Source: an uncultured Methanoregulaceae archaeon (GTDB lineage Archaea; Halobacteriota; Methanomicrobia; Methanomicrobiales; Methanospirillaceae). Taken from it: a DNA stretch of 64,000 bases. Where the stretch lies: positions 2,048,001 to 2,112,000 of the forward strand of contig OY970343.1 in NCBI GenBank assembly GCA_963717525.1, in the 5' to 3' direction. The translations under genes and the position numbers were made by a program. Shown here piece by piece: positions 1 to 10,367 of this stretch (the first letter of the stretch is position 1; every line of letters starts with the position of its first letter). The notes beneath the pieces are model-generated. The model saw nothing but the letters and a program-made list of their open reading frames with translations. It ran no database searches and was not told the origin of the DNA.

Positions 1-79
1 CCTGGTGTGTGATATCTTTTGCCACGCGGTAGGTGTTCAGGAGCGTCCCGGCACTGTCAAAAACCACGGCCACTTTCAT
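1..79 (-). CDS. HAD-superfamily hydrolase, N-terminus (runs off the window edge)
   Basis: Manual translation from ATG at 79: MKVAVVFDSAGTLLNTYRVAKDITHQ, with HAD motif I-like VFDxxGT. Not in the ORF track. Confidence 0.7.
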   Translation of the reverse strand, partial: MKVAVVFDSAGTLLNTYRVAKDITHQ

Positions 80-140
80 CGTCTCACCCGTGTAAGTAAA
101 CTCTATGTAGGTTCCCCTCTCCATTGAAACAGTGATACTG

Positions 141-1106
141 ATGATCGTACCTGAAACTGCAGACAAGATAAAGAGCATGGAAATCCGGGGGGCGGGAAGG
201 ATTGCACGGGCGGTGGCCGAAGCCCTCCGGGATCATGCGCTTGCCCTGCCGGCCAGGGATCCCGGTGCGTTCCGGCAGGAGATGGAGCGTGCCGCCGCGA
301 TGCTCCTTGCCACACGCCCCACGGCCGTTTCGCTGCCCAACGCCGTCCACATCGTCATGGCCGGCCTTGACCGTGCAACGACCGCAGAAGAGGCACGGGC
401 CGGCGTTGCCCGGCGCGCCGACGAGTTCATCAGGTCATCGCAGCACGCGGTGGAGCAGATTGCGCAGTTCGGGGCAAGCCACATCCGCGACGGCGATACG
501 ATCCTCACGCACTGCAACTCGGAGGCCGCGCTCGGGTGCATCATCGAGGCCCACCGGCAGGGAAAGGAGATCGAGGTCTTCGCAACCGAAGTGCGGCCGA
601 GGAACCAGGGGCTCATTACGATAAGGACCTTAAACGAAGCGGGGATTAAAACACATTTTATCGTGGATTCTGCCGTCAGGTCCTTCATCCACGATATCGA
701 TCTCGTGATCGTCGGCGCCGATGCAGTGACCGTGAACGGCGCAGTGGTCAACAAGATCGGGACAGCGCAGGTAGCCCATTCGGCCCGGGAGGCCCGGGTC
801 AACATGATCGTGGCCGCGGAGACGTACAAGTTTGCGCCCCGCACGATCCTCGGGGAACTCGTCCGGATTGAAGAGCGGGCGGCGAGCGAGGTCCTTCCTG
901 ACGAGATCGCCCGGACCCTTCCCTATGTCACCGTGAGAAACCCGGCCTTTGATGTTACACCCGCCGGGTATATCGACCTGATCGTGACCGAGAAAGGCGC
1001 AATCCCGCCGCAGATGGCCTATGTCATCATCCGTGATTACCTCGGGTGGGGGATTGATGAATTTCATCTGGCGTTCGGGCCGGCCACCCTCAACGGGGAG
1101 GAGTGA
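141..1106 (+). CDS. Ribose-1,5-bisphosphate isomerase (eIF-2B-like family)
   Basis: Motifs IRGA, TRPTAVSL, LTHCNS, ETRP-like EVRP, VGADAV...NKIGT and NPAFDVTP. ATG at 141 preferred over GTG at 132. Confidence 0.9.
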   Translation: MIVPETADKIKSMEIRGAGRIARAVAEALRDHALALPARDPGAFRQEMERAAAMLLATRPTAVSLPNAVHIVMAGLDRATTAEEARAGVARRADEFIRSSQHAVEQIAQFGASHIRDGDTILTHCNSEAALGCIIEAHRQGKEIEVFATEVRPRNQGLITIRTLNEAGIKTHFIVDSAVRSFIHDIDLVIVGADAVTVNGAVVNKIGTAQVAHSAREARVNMIVAAETYKFAPRTILGELVRIEERAASEVLPDEIARTLPYVTVRNPAFDVTPAGYIDLIVTEKGAIPPQMAYVIIRDYLGWGIDEFHLAFGPATLNGEE

Positions 1107-1247
1107 ACCCGGCCAGCCCCCGCCGCCGTGGTGGTGCGGGGCGATGCGTTTATTGACGAAAGAATCTCAGGAATGATCAACCGGCATACCGGGCGCATGT
1201 AGCACCCCCGCAAACGAGGATTGCGCCAGGATGCCAGAGGCAACACG

Positions 1248-2066
1248 ATGGAGATACCCTTTACCAAATTACACGGGAACGGCAACGATTTCGTCCTCAT
1301 TGATGAGTATGAAAAGCCTGTCATTCCCGACGACATGAAGGCGCAGTTCGCTGCCCTGTACTGCGACCGGAGGTTCGGCATCGGGGCGGATGGTATCCTG
1401 TACCTCTCAAAGTCTGCAACCAGCGCTATCAGGATGCGGATCTTCCAGCCGGACGAGAGCGAGGCCGGAATGTGCGGGAATGGCGTCCGGTGCCTCGCCA
1501 AGTACGCGTTCGATGTCGGGTACATAAAAGAGCATTTCACCGTGGAAACCATGGCCGGGCCGGTGGGGGTTTCGATCCGGTCCACGGACGAGGAGTTCAC
1601 CGCGACCATCAGCATGCCCACGCCGAAATTTGACCGGAAGGAGATCCCGGCCACCGGTGAGGGCGAATACCATGAGCGGATCGGGGAGTTCGAAGTTTAT
1701 GCGGCAAATACCGGTGTTCCCCATGCGGTTATCCTCGTTGATGCGGTCGACAGCGTGGATATCGGTGCATCCGCCCCGCCCATCCGGCACCATGCCTCAT
1801 TTCCTGACGGCGCAAATGTGAACTTCGTGGAAAAGACCGGCGCTGATTCCCTGAGGATAAGGACGTTCGAGCGTGGCGTAGAGGAAGAGACCCCCTCCTG
1901 CGGGACCGGTGCAACAGCGGCAGCGGCAGTCGTACGCCGGCTCGGCCAGATGGGCGATACGATCCGCGTCGAGACCCGGGGTGGCCCGCTCACAGTTTAC
2001 TTCGCGGAAGGCGTGAAGATGGAAGGCCCTGCGGTTACGGTCTATACCGGTTTTATCAGCTACTGA
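1248..2066 (+). CDS. dapF: Diaminopimelate epimerase
   Basis: KLHGNGNDF, GIGADG, MCGNG, GVPH, ANVNF, ERGV..ET.SCGTG. Confidence 0.95.
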   Translation: MEIPFTKLHGNGNDFVLIDEYEKPVIPDDMKAQFAALYCDRRFGIGADGILYLSKSATSAIRMRIFQPDESEAGMCGNGVRCLAKYAFDVGYIKEHFTVETMAGPVGVSIRSTDEEFTATISMPTPKFDRKEIPATGEGEYHERIGEFEVYAANTGVPHAVILVDAVDSVDIGASAPPIRHHASFPDGANVNFVEKTGADSLRIRTFERGVEEETPSCGTGATAAAAVVRRLGQMGDTIRVETRGGPLTVYFAEGVKMEGPAVTVYTGFISY

Positions 2067-2325
2067 ACTTTTTTTCAATTGCCGTTACCCGAAGCCTGCA
2101 CGGGTTGCCTGCCGAGCCACACAGGGAGATGCAGGATATTATAGCGCACGTTTCCGGCAGGACGCCGGAAGACCGGGGTCCCGGAATGTGCGGATCATCC
2201 GTTATTCCCGGACGCTTATGGTGGCAGGGACAGGAGCGATCGTGACCGGAGGGAATGGTCACCAGTACATTTCAGGGAACCGGTCCTGCATTCTGCCGGC
2301 GTCCTGGCTGTCCTGATGGTCTCGC

Positions 2326-4785
2326 TTATTTGCCGGCTTCCTTCAATTTTGTTATATCTTCGATAAGAGCGAGCGTTGAGACGATGCGGCCTTGCCGGTC
2401 CCTGAGCGGACTGACGGTCAACGCCCCCCAGATAACAGAACCATCCTTCCTGACATACCGCTTTTCCGTGCGGTACCGGGGTATTTCTCCGGCATAGAGT
2501 TTTCTGACCTCGGTCATATCGTGATCCAGGTGCTCAGGGTGGGTTATATCCGCAAACGATCTGGTCAGCAGTTCCTGATCCGTGTATCCCGTTATCTCAC
2601 AGAGCATCCGGTTCACCGAGATAAACCGGAAGTCACTGCCCACGATCGCCATACCCAGCGGCCCGTCCTCGAATATTCTCCGGAACCGCTCCTCGCTCTC
2701 CCGGAGTGCCTCTTCGGCATGTTTGCGTGCGGTAATATCACGGCCCTCAGCAATGAGGAGCAGGACTTTACCGTCGGCACCGAATACCGGTTTGATGGAG
2801 AAGTCGACCAGCATCGTGATGTTGCCGGCTCCCTGCAGTTCAGCCTCGTACCTGACAAAAGCCCCTGAAGCCGCTTCAGCGATGGCTTCCCGCAGCTTGC
2901 GCACCCGCGCGATGTCCCCCCTCCACCAAGAGGCTTCCCCGAAGGGGCGGTTGAGGATATCCTCCCTTTTTATGCCCGCAAATTCCAGTGCGGTACGGTT
3001 GGCGTCGATAATAGTGCCATCGGGGGTCATCATGCCGGTGAACTGGAAGGTGCTGTCAAAGACAGCGCGAAGTTTTTCCCCGCTCTCCCGGAGTGCTTCT
3101 TCGGCACGTTTTTGATCCGTAATATCCCGGATACTTCCCATGCTGGCCGGACCTCCCTGGTACTGGATAAGGCCTACATCGAGGGAGACAAAAACCCGGG
3201 TTGTCCCGTCGCGTTTCAGCAGTCTGCACTCATAGTTTTCCGGTACGGCCTCACCACGATGCCGGCGGTTGCCCCGTTCGAGGACCATATCACGGTCTTC
3301 CGGCGCGATGAAAGCTGCGAAATCGTGCATGATAAAATCCGCCGGTACGCCCCCAAGGATCCGGGCAAAGGCCGAGTTGACATACCGGATCAGCCGGCCC
3401 TGGATGATGAACACCCCGCTCTGGCTGTGCTCGACAAGGATCCGGTACTTCTCTTCCGAGAGGCGCAGCGCTTCCATCAGCTCCCTGCGCCGGGTGATAT
3501 CCCGGAACACCACCTGGACCGCAGGCTCGCCGTTATCGGAAAAACCGGTGGCGACGACCTCCACATTGATGGCTGTCCCGTCGAACCTTACAAATTTTTC
3601 TTCGGCCACCTCGACCGCCATCGGCTCGTTCCGGCTGGCCATCAGGGTCATCCGTTCCCGGACCATGTCCTGGTAATCCGGGTGGACGAAGTCGAAAAGG
3701 TTTCTCCCTATTAGTTCTGCAGGCGACGATGCACCGATAAGACCGGTCGCGGCCCGGTTCGCGAGGGTGACGATGCCATTTTTATGGACGACGACCGCAT
3801 CGAACGAACGCTGCAGGAGCCTCCGGTACCGCTCCTCACTGCTCCGCAATGTCTCTTCTGATTTTTTCCGCTCCGTGATATCACGGGAGACACCAAGGAC
3901 TGCCCGGACCGATCCGTCAGGGTTTTTCAGCGGTACAAGCATGTGGTCGAACCACCGCAGCTCCCCTTTCACCGGCATCGGGCCCTCGCTGTGGGATGAA
4001 ATGCCGGTAACAAAAACATTCTGCAGCATTCTTTCCTGCCGTTCTGCCATTTCGGGAGGGAAAAGGAGCGACCTGACACTTCCTTTCACGTTTCCGGGAG
4101 TTTTTCCGAGGATCTCCGCGGCAAAGCTGTTCACGTACTCGACCCGGTCGTCCTTGCCGATCATAAAGATCAGGTCGCTGGAAATCTCGGCGAGCATGCG
4201 GTACCGCTCTTCGCTCTCTCGCAGCAGCTCGCCAGCCTTCTTTGCGGCGGTGATATCCTCAAGGATGACCGAGACGCCTTTCTGCCCATGGTCAAGTGCC
4301 GTCGGGGCGATCCGGCAGGAGAAGGTAATCCCGCCTTTCACCGGGCCAAGCTCTCCCCGCCACTCGGCGCCGTCCAGTCCCTCTCTCATTCGGGCTAAAA
4401 ATCCGGCAAAAAGATCGTCAAATGCAGTAACCAGCGGCGAATACTCGATATTTTTCCCGACAAGGTCGCCTGCTAGGGTGGCAAGGAAACGCGCAAATGC
4501 ATCGTTGATAAAAACGATCCGGGTGCTGTTGTCCAGCTGCAGGATGAGCTCGGAGGAGATGGAGAGGACCGCGGAGACCGGGACGCGGTTTGCGAGTGCA
4601 TAGATCTTTGCCATGCCGAAGTGGCGCATCTCCACCTGCCCCGAAATGAGCAGTTTTTCGAGATATCTCCCGACAGTATTACGGTTTACATGGACCTCCC
4701 TGACGATATCGGTGATACTCAGGCCCTGCGGGTTCTTTTTGAGGACCTCCTTGATCTGTGCGGAGGTCTGCAGTCTCAATACCAT
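2326..4785 (-). CDS. Winged-HTH plus six tandem PAS/PAC domains, no kinase output domain
   Basis: N-terminal HTH (GLSITDIVREVHVNRNTVGRYL), then repeated ESEERY/F...DIT modules. Ends at EDITKLKEAGK. Confidence 0.85.
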   Translation of the reverse strand: MVLRLQTSAQIKEVLKKNPQGLSITDIVREVHVNRNTVGRYLEKLLISGQVEMRHFGMAKIYALANRVPVSAVLSISSELILQLDNSTRIVFINDAFARFLATLAGDLVGKNIEYSPLVTAFDDLFAGFLARMREGLDGAEWRGELGPVKGGITFSCRIAPTALDHGQKGVSVILEDITAAKKAGELLRESEERYRMLAEISSDLIFMIGKDDRVEYVNSFAAEILGKTPGNVKGSVRSLLFPPEMAERQERMLQNVFVTGISSHSEGPMPVKGELRWFDHMLVPLKNPDGSVRAVLGVSRDITERKKSEETLRSSEERYRRLLQRSFDAVVVHKNGIVTLANRAATGLIGASSPAELIGRNLFDFVHPDYQDMVRERMTLMASRNEPMAVEVAEEKFVRFDGTAINVEVVATGFSDNGEPAVQVVFRDITRRRELMEALRLSEEKYRILVEHSQSGVFIIQGRLIRYVNSAFARILGGVPADFIMHDFAAFIAPEDRDMVLERGNRRHRGEAVPENYECRLLKRDGTTRVFVSLDVGLIQYQGGPASMGSIRDITDQKRAEEALRESGEKLRAVFDSTFQFTGMMTPDGTIIDANRTALEFAGIKREDILNRPFGEASWWRGDIARVRKLREAIAEAASGAFVRYEAELQGAGNITMLVDFSIKPVFGADGKVLLLIAEGRDITARKHAEEALRESEERFRRIFEDGPLGMAIVGSDFRFISVNRMLCEITGYTDQELLTRSFADITHPEHLDHDMTEVRKLYAGEIPRYRTEKRYVRKDGSVIWGALTVSPLRDRQGRIVSTLALIEDITKLKEAGK

Positions 4786-4872
4786 TAATGGAATAATATC
4801 TGTATGGGGAGATATTAATAATCCAGCAGTTTTTGTTTTTGAAAAATGCCGTTACCGGAAGCAATCTGTTGA

Positions 4873-5550
4873 TTATTCCTTTGCTCGAACTCCGTCCTGC
4901 ACGATCTCGAAATCAAATGATGCGCCCTCGGGACGCGACCGGTGCTTGACAAGGGTTGCGCGCCGCCACCCGGGCGCTTCGAGCCGGTCCAGGCGGATGA
5001 TCGCCTTCGAGATATGTTCAAGGGAGGTTCCGCCCAGGCCGGCAAACGTGTTTCGCGTGGTGTCCATGTAGACCTGGTTGGTGACAAGGACTGCCGGCTC
5101 GTACCGTTTGGCGTACCCGAGGATCTGGAGCATCTGCCGGGTGAGCATCTGCATGGCGTCCCGGCCCTTCTCCAGGTCTGTCCGGTAGAGTGCGGTTGCA
5201 GAGTCCAGGACGACGAGACCGGGCTTGTGCTGCCGGAGGACCTTGTCCGCTTCCGTGATCATGCTGCCCTGCTGTTCGAAGTCCACGGGTTCAAAGAGGA
5301 AGAGCCGGTCCGCAATCGCCCCGGTGTCGCTGCCTGCGACCTGCCGGAACCGTTCGATCGAGAACCCTTCGGTGTCTATGAAGACGACCGATCCCCCGGC
5401 CCGAAGGCAGGAGACGGCCGCAACCATGCACAGCGTGCTCTTGCCGCTCGCCGGCCCGCCGTAGATCTGGGTGATGGTGCGCAGTTCGAGCCCCCCTCCC
5501 AGCAGCCGGTCAAGGGCCGCGTTCCCGCTGGTCAGCCGGTCAGCCTTCAT
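4873..5550 (-). CDS. radB: DNA repair and recombination protein RadB
   Basis: Walker A GGPASGKS, IDTEG, VVLDS, TNQV and the RadB KHR motif. About 225 aa with no RadA N-domain. Confidence 0.93.
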   Translation of the reverse strand: MKADRLTSGNAALDRLLGGGLELRTITQIYGGPASGKSTLCMVAAVSCLRAGGSVVFIDTEGFSIERFRQVAGSDTGAIADRLFLFEPVDFEQQGSMITEADKVLRQHKPGLVVLDSATALYRTDLEKGRDAMQMLTRQMLQILGYAKRYEPAVLVTNQVYMDTTRNTFAGLGGTSLEHISKAIIRLDRLEAPGWRRATLVKHRSRPEGASFDFEIVQDGVRAKE

Positions 5551-6767
5551 CGGCCACCCGGATTGTCCCGTTGCCGGCGCTTTCCGGCCTCCTTCTCCGC
5601 TGCGTTCTGTGCGGCGCGGAGCACCTCACGCACCGGCACACCAAGCTCTTCTGCGAGATCGCGTGCGGTATCGAACTCCGCCTTGCACGAGTATATGCTC
5701 CCGTCCATCCACCCGCATTTGACCGGCAGGCGTTTTTTATGCCCGCCGATTATCACATCGACCTCTGAGACGGTTCGCTCTGCGGTAAACCGGTGGATGG
5801 CGGGGATGCACCGGACCCCGAGCGTGCCCAGCTCGCGTGCCATGAGCCGGGCAAGGGAAGCGGCCGATGCCGGCGGCGCAATAACGGTGACAAGGTATCC
5901 CGGCCTGCCTTTCTTCATGAGGATCGGCGTCGCGCTTGCGTCCCGGGCCCCGGCAGCCATAAACTGTGCCAGCGCCTCGCCGATCACTTCCCCGCTCACA
6001 TCGTCCACGTTTGTCTCAAGGAGGTCGACGGTGTCCACCGGCATCGCAGCCGGGGCACCGGCTGTCTCCACCATCATCGCCCGGAGCACGTTCGGGGTAT
6101 GTGGCGGGTCTCGTGTCCCGGCCCCGTACCCCGCTGCGAGAATCGTGTACGCCCCGAGGCTCGCAGGCAACGTGGAGGTAAATTCGGCGAGCAGTGCAGC
6201 ACCGGTGGGCGTGCAGAGCTCGCCTTCGCCCTCCCCGGGGATGGTGACAAGCCCCGATCCTTCAAGGAGGGCTACCGTTGCGGGTGCCGGGATCGGGAAG
6301 CGCCCGTGCGAGCCGGTGGCGGTGCCTGACCCGAGTGCCAGGGGCAGTACCGCTACACCTTCCACCCCAAGCGAGAAGAGTGCGGTGCAGGCGCCGATCA
6401 CGTCCGCAATCGCGTCATCTGCCCCGACTTCGTGGAAATGGACGTGCGCCCCGTGGACTTTCTCCTCTGCCGTGTTGAGCCGCACGAAGACCCGGTGAGC
6501 CATAGCAAGGGCGTCGGCCGGCACCTGCGGGGCTGCGGCATCCAGCCGTTTTTCCACGTCCGCAAGCGTCCGGTGTTCCGGGGTGGCATGGGTGTGTACT
6601 TTGATCGCCTGGATCCCGGCCCGGTCAACCGTTTCTACCGTCGGCTCGGCAACCACAGCCCCCATCGCGGCAACGACCCGCTCCCTGTCCGCCCCGCAGG
6701 CGAGCAGGGCAGCGGTGATCATATCCCCTGCTGCGCCGTGGAACGGGTCAAAAACAAGGACTCGCAT
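5547..6767 (-). CDS. larC: Nickel pincer cofactor biosynthesis protein LarC
   Basis: DPFHGAAGDM, VHFHEVGADDAIADV, PAPAT, ELCTPTGAA, ETNVDD, MKKGRPG. Confidence 0.92.
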   Translation of the reverse strand: MRVLVFDPFHGAAGDMITAALLACGADRERVVAAMGAVVAEPTVETVDRAGIQAIKVHTHATPEHRTLADVEKRLDAAAPQVPADALAMAHRVFVRLNTAEEKVHGAHVHFHEVGADDAIADVIGACTALFSLGVEGVAVLPLALGSGTATGSHGRFPIPAPATVALLEGSGLVTIPGEGEGELCTPTGAALLAEFTSTLPASLGAYTILAAGYGAGTRDPPHTPNVLRAMMVETAGAPAAMPVDTVDLLETNVDDVSGEVIGEALAQFMAAGARDASATPILMKKGRPGYLVTVIAPPASAASLARLMARELGTLGVRCIPAIHRFTAERTVSEVDVIIGGHKKRLPVKCGWMDGSIYSCKAEFDTARDLAEELGVPVREVLRAAQNAAEKEAGKRRQRDNPGGR

Positions 6768-6809
6768 TTACAGTACCTATAAATCCCTGCGTATATGACC
6801 TTTAAGGTA

Positions 6810-9433
6810 ATGCCTGAAGTGCAACTGAAGGTCGATTCCGCGTATCCCGGTGACCAGGGCGGGGGAAAAGCGAGACTCGACCCTGAAACCATGCTCCTTC
6901 TGAAGATTTCACCAGGGGATCTCGTGGTAATCGAAGGGAAGCGCCGTACCGTGGCAAAGGTCTGGAGGTCGCTTGTCGAAGACTGGAACCAGCGCAAGAT
7001 GCGGATCGACAATTTTACCCGGCTCAATGCCGGCGTGAGCATCGGGGATACCGTCAAGGTGTCGACGCTCTCCGAGGAGATCGAGGCAAAGCGTGTGGTG
7101 CTCGCCCCACCCGAGGACCTGCCAAAGAAGATCCCGATTGCCAACAACCCGCATGTCATCAACGGCCTTCTGGATTTCCCGGTCGTAAAGAACGACTCGA
7201 TCCCGATCATGCTGGGTCTGCCCTTTGTCCAACCGCAGATTGTCTCGTTCAAGGTTATCGAGATCGAGCCCGAGGAGGCCGTAATCATCACCAAGAACAC
7301 CTCGGTCGAGTTTTCGGACAAGCCGGCCGCGGGATTCGAAGGTGTGAAAAGGTTTTCGTACGAGGATATCGGGGGGCTGAAAGACGAGCTTCAGCGGCTC
7401 CGCGAGACAATCGAGCTCCCCCTCCGGCACCCGGAGCTCTTCCAGAAGCTTGGGATCGAGCCGCCCAAAGGTGTGCTGCTCTACGGCCCACCGGGGACGG
7501 GCAAGACGCTTATCGCAAAAGCGGTAGCAAACGAAAGCGGTGCGCACTTCATCCCGATCGCCGGCCCCGAGGTCATCTCGAAATATTACGGCGAGAGCGA
7601 GCAACGTCTCCGCGAAGTCTTCGAGGAGGCACGGGAGAACGCGCCCTCGATCATCTTCATCGATGAACTGGACTCGATTGCGCCCCGGCGCGAGGAAGTG
7701 ACCGGGGAGGTCGAGCGTCGGGTCGTCGCCCAGCTCCTGACCATGATGGACGGCCTTGAGGAACGTGGGCAGGTCGTCGTGATCGGTGCCACGAACCGTG
7801 TCGATGCGATCGATGCTGCCCTGCGCCGGCCCGGCAGTTCGACCGGGAGATCGAGATTGGTGTACCCGGAGAGCCAGATCGGATCGATATCCTGAAGATC
7901 CACACACGCAATGTTCCTCTGGATATCGAGGGAATCCGTCTCAACCACGATACCTTGACTACGGATGAAAGAAGCTCCATCAACTCGTTCAAAAAGCAGA
8001 TCGAAGACCTAAAAAAACAGAACGCTCAGGTTCCCGCAGGAGACTATAATTCCCGAGAAAAAACAGAGGATATCGCGAAGAAGATCAATGACACGGAAGC
8101 ACAGCTGCAGGCAACCGAGGACGGGATCAGGAGACGTATTTTCATTGAGCCCTTTGCCCAGCAGACCCACGGGTTTGTCGGTGCTGACCTTGCGGCCCTT
8201 GCACGGGAGGCTGCAATCCGGGCCCTGCGCCGGTACCTTCCTGATCTCGATCTCGACAAAGAGGAGGTTGACCCGGAAACTCTCGACAAGCTCCGCGTGC
8301 TCGCAAGTGACTTCCGGAGCGCCCAGCGGGACGTGGGCCCGAGCGCGATGCGCGAGGTGATGCTCGAGGTTTCGCACGTGAAATGGGATGCGGTTGGCGG
8401 GCTTGACACGGCAAAAACCGAAGTCCGTGAAGCAGTTGAGTACCCCTTAACCCACCATGACCGGTTCGACGAACTCGGCATCGTGCCGCCCCGGGGAGTG
8501 TTACTGTACGGGCCTCCCGGTACGGGCAAGACGCTGATCGCAAAGGCCGTTGCAAGCGAGAGTGGTGCCAATTTCATCCCGGTACGGGGACCGCAGCTCC
8601 TTTCCAAGTGGGTGGGCGAGAGCGAACGGGCAGTGCGCGAGATCTTCAGGAAGGCCCGACAGGTATCGCCATCGATCATCTTCTTTGACGAGATCGATGC
8701 GCTTGCCCCGGCACGGGGGACATCGGGTGACTCCCATGTGATCGACAACGTGCTCAACCAGATCTTAACCGAGATGGATGGCCTTGAGGATCTCAAGGAT
8801 GTCGTGATCATGGGTGCGACCAACCGCCCGGATATCGTGGACCCGGCACTGCTCCGTGCCGGCCGGTTCGACCGGCTCGTCTACATTGGTGAACCTACTT
8901 TAGAAGATCGCAGGAAGATCATCGGCATCCACACGCAGTTCATGCCGCTTGAAGGCTCGGCGCTCGAAGAGATTGTCGGGTTGACCGAAGGGTATACCGA
9001 GGACACGCTTGGAGAGCTGGTCGAGAAACTGGGGAAAGACGCAAAAATTACTGTGGACATTGTAAAAGCGGCCATCGTGCCGGTGAAGGATACAGGTGCA
9101 GGGATCTCCAAAGGAGCACGGCGGCGAAGGCTGGTCGACTTAATGTGCGAGAAGAATCTAACGTTCGAAGACCCGGCCCGGAACAAGGACCTCGCAACCC
9201 TTGCCCAGATGACCGAGGGTTTCGTGGGGGCTGACCTCGAAGCGCTCTGCCGCGAGGCAGGGATGTTTGCCCTGCGGGAAGGTGCAGCGGTGGTGACCCC
9301 GCAGCACTTTGCAGACGCACAAAAGAAGGTCCACCCGACCATGAACGACAACCTGCGGGACTATTACGGCAAGATCCAGCAGCACTTCAAAGGTGGTCTT
9401 CCCACCAAGGTCCAGCCACCGGAGTATCAGTAA
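6810..9433 (+). CDS. cdc48: CDC48/VAT AAA+ ATPase, split by one 1-nt deletion near 7837 (probably a sequencing error)
   Basis: N-domain plus two [11 protein letters not shown] modules. Conserved RRPGRFDREIE reads ggc-ag-ttc-gac, one base short, which joins ORFs 6795-7895 and 7955-9433. Confidence 0.9.
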
Positions 9434-9435
9434 TA

Positions 9436-9460
9436 TTTTTGGGATTTTTCTTTTTTCAAT
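9436..9460 (+). terminator. Oligo-T archaeal-type terminator after cdc48
   Basis: T-tracts (tttttgggatttttcttttttc) immediately after the TAA at 9433. Confidence 0.45.
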
Positions 9461-9476
9461 CGACGTTTAATAATAC

Positions 9477-10367
9477 TTAACTACATTTTTGGCATTCAAC
9501 ATGAACATTAATCTGAGTGAGTCTCTTATTTTTTTGAAATTTTTCATCGAAACTTTTCTGTTTTTTATCAACATATTTATTGAAATCAGTTGTATCGGCG
9601 AGAGAAGTCATTTGATAATATAATTTAATATCCAATTTGGGCGATTGATCGTTGAAATTATTTTGGAATTTCAATTTATTTATTTCATAAATCCTCTCAT
9701 GTTTAGGGATGTATCTCCCCCATTCCTGAATCTCATCACAGATAATTAATAATGCTGAATAGGGATCTTTTACCAAATCAACTTGGTAATTATTTTTGTC
9801 ATGTAGGCAAATGGCAACAAAAGCGTGTATAGCATCAGGAGTCCATTTTCCACTAAAAATTTTGTTCAATCGACTCAATAGTATTTGAGCACTATCTCCT
9901 CCGTGAAGATCATGACGGTTTATATACCCGACATCGTGGTAAAATGCCGTTAGATACCATACAAAATAGAATTTATTCTCACTGTTTGTTACAGCATTAA
10001 TATAACGAGAAAATCCATTGCGATATAGCCAAAGACCTAAGCACCAAACATGAAATGAATGGCAAACATGATCGCGACGTTTTCTATTAGCATTCGCATT
10101 TGATTCAAACTCCCATAAATCTTCTAATAAATCTGGAAAATCTTTTTTATATAATTTCCCGAATTTTTTCATGAAGGTGATAATCGTCTCTTTAGTCTCT
10201 TTCGAACATTTTCCTGAAGATATTTTTTTCAGTTTTTCGCAATCTTCAATGGAAGGACCACCGGTAGAAAGAAATTTTAGCGATTTAATCACTGAAATTG
10301 CTTCATCAATGAACGGGTTCTCTTTGATTAGGAATACCCGATTTACATTTTGAGGATTTTCAATCAT
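9477..10367 (-). CDS. HD-domain metal-dependent phosphohydrolase-like protein, last gene of the hsdMS operon
   Basis: RDHVCHS, AFYHDVGY, HG..SA, CLHD, LLIICDEIQEWGR. ATG at 10367 overlaps the hsdS TGA (ATGA). AT-rich. Confidence 0.7.
   Translation of the reverse strand: MIENPQNVNRVFLIKENPFIDEAISVIKSLKFLSTGGPSIEDCEKLKKISSGKCSKETKETIITFMKKFGKLYKKDFPDLLEDLWEFESNANANRKRRDHVCHSFHVWCLGLWLYRNGFSRYINAVTNSENKFYFVWYLTAFYHDVGYINRHDLHGGDSAQILLSRLNKIFSGKWTPDAIHAFVAICLHDKNNYQVDLVKDPYSALLIICDEIQEWGRYIPKHERIYEINKLKFQNNFNDQSPKLDIKLYYQMTSLADTTDFNKYVDKKQKSFDEKFQKNKRLTQINVHVECQKCS

Noticed and set aside
4942..6498. Long antisense ORFs (also 33592-35097, 48529-50088 and the tail of 57132-58169)
   Set aside because: These are shadows of well-supported genes in GC-rich DNA. 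The 345-aa length of the 57132 ORF results from the frameshift near 57411.
7922..8152. Intein in cdc48 (and in atpA or lonB)
   Set aside because: No N-terminal Cys/Ser or C-terminal His-Asn and no LAGLIDADG motifs. atpA and lonB have normal lengths.
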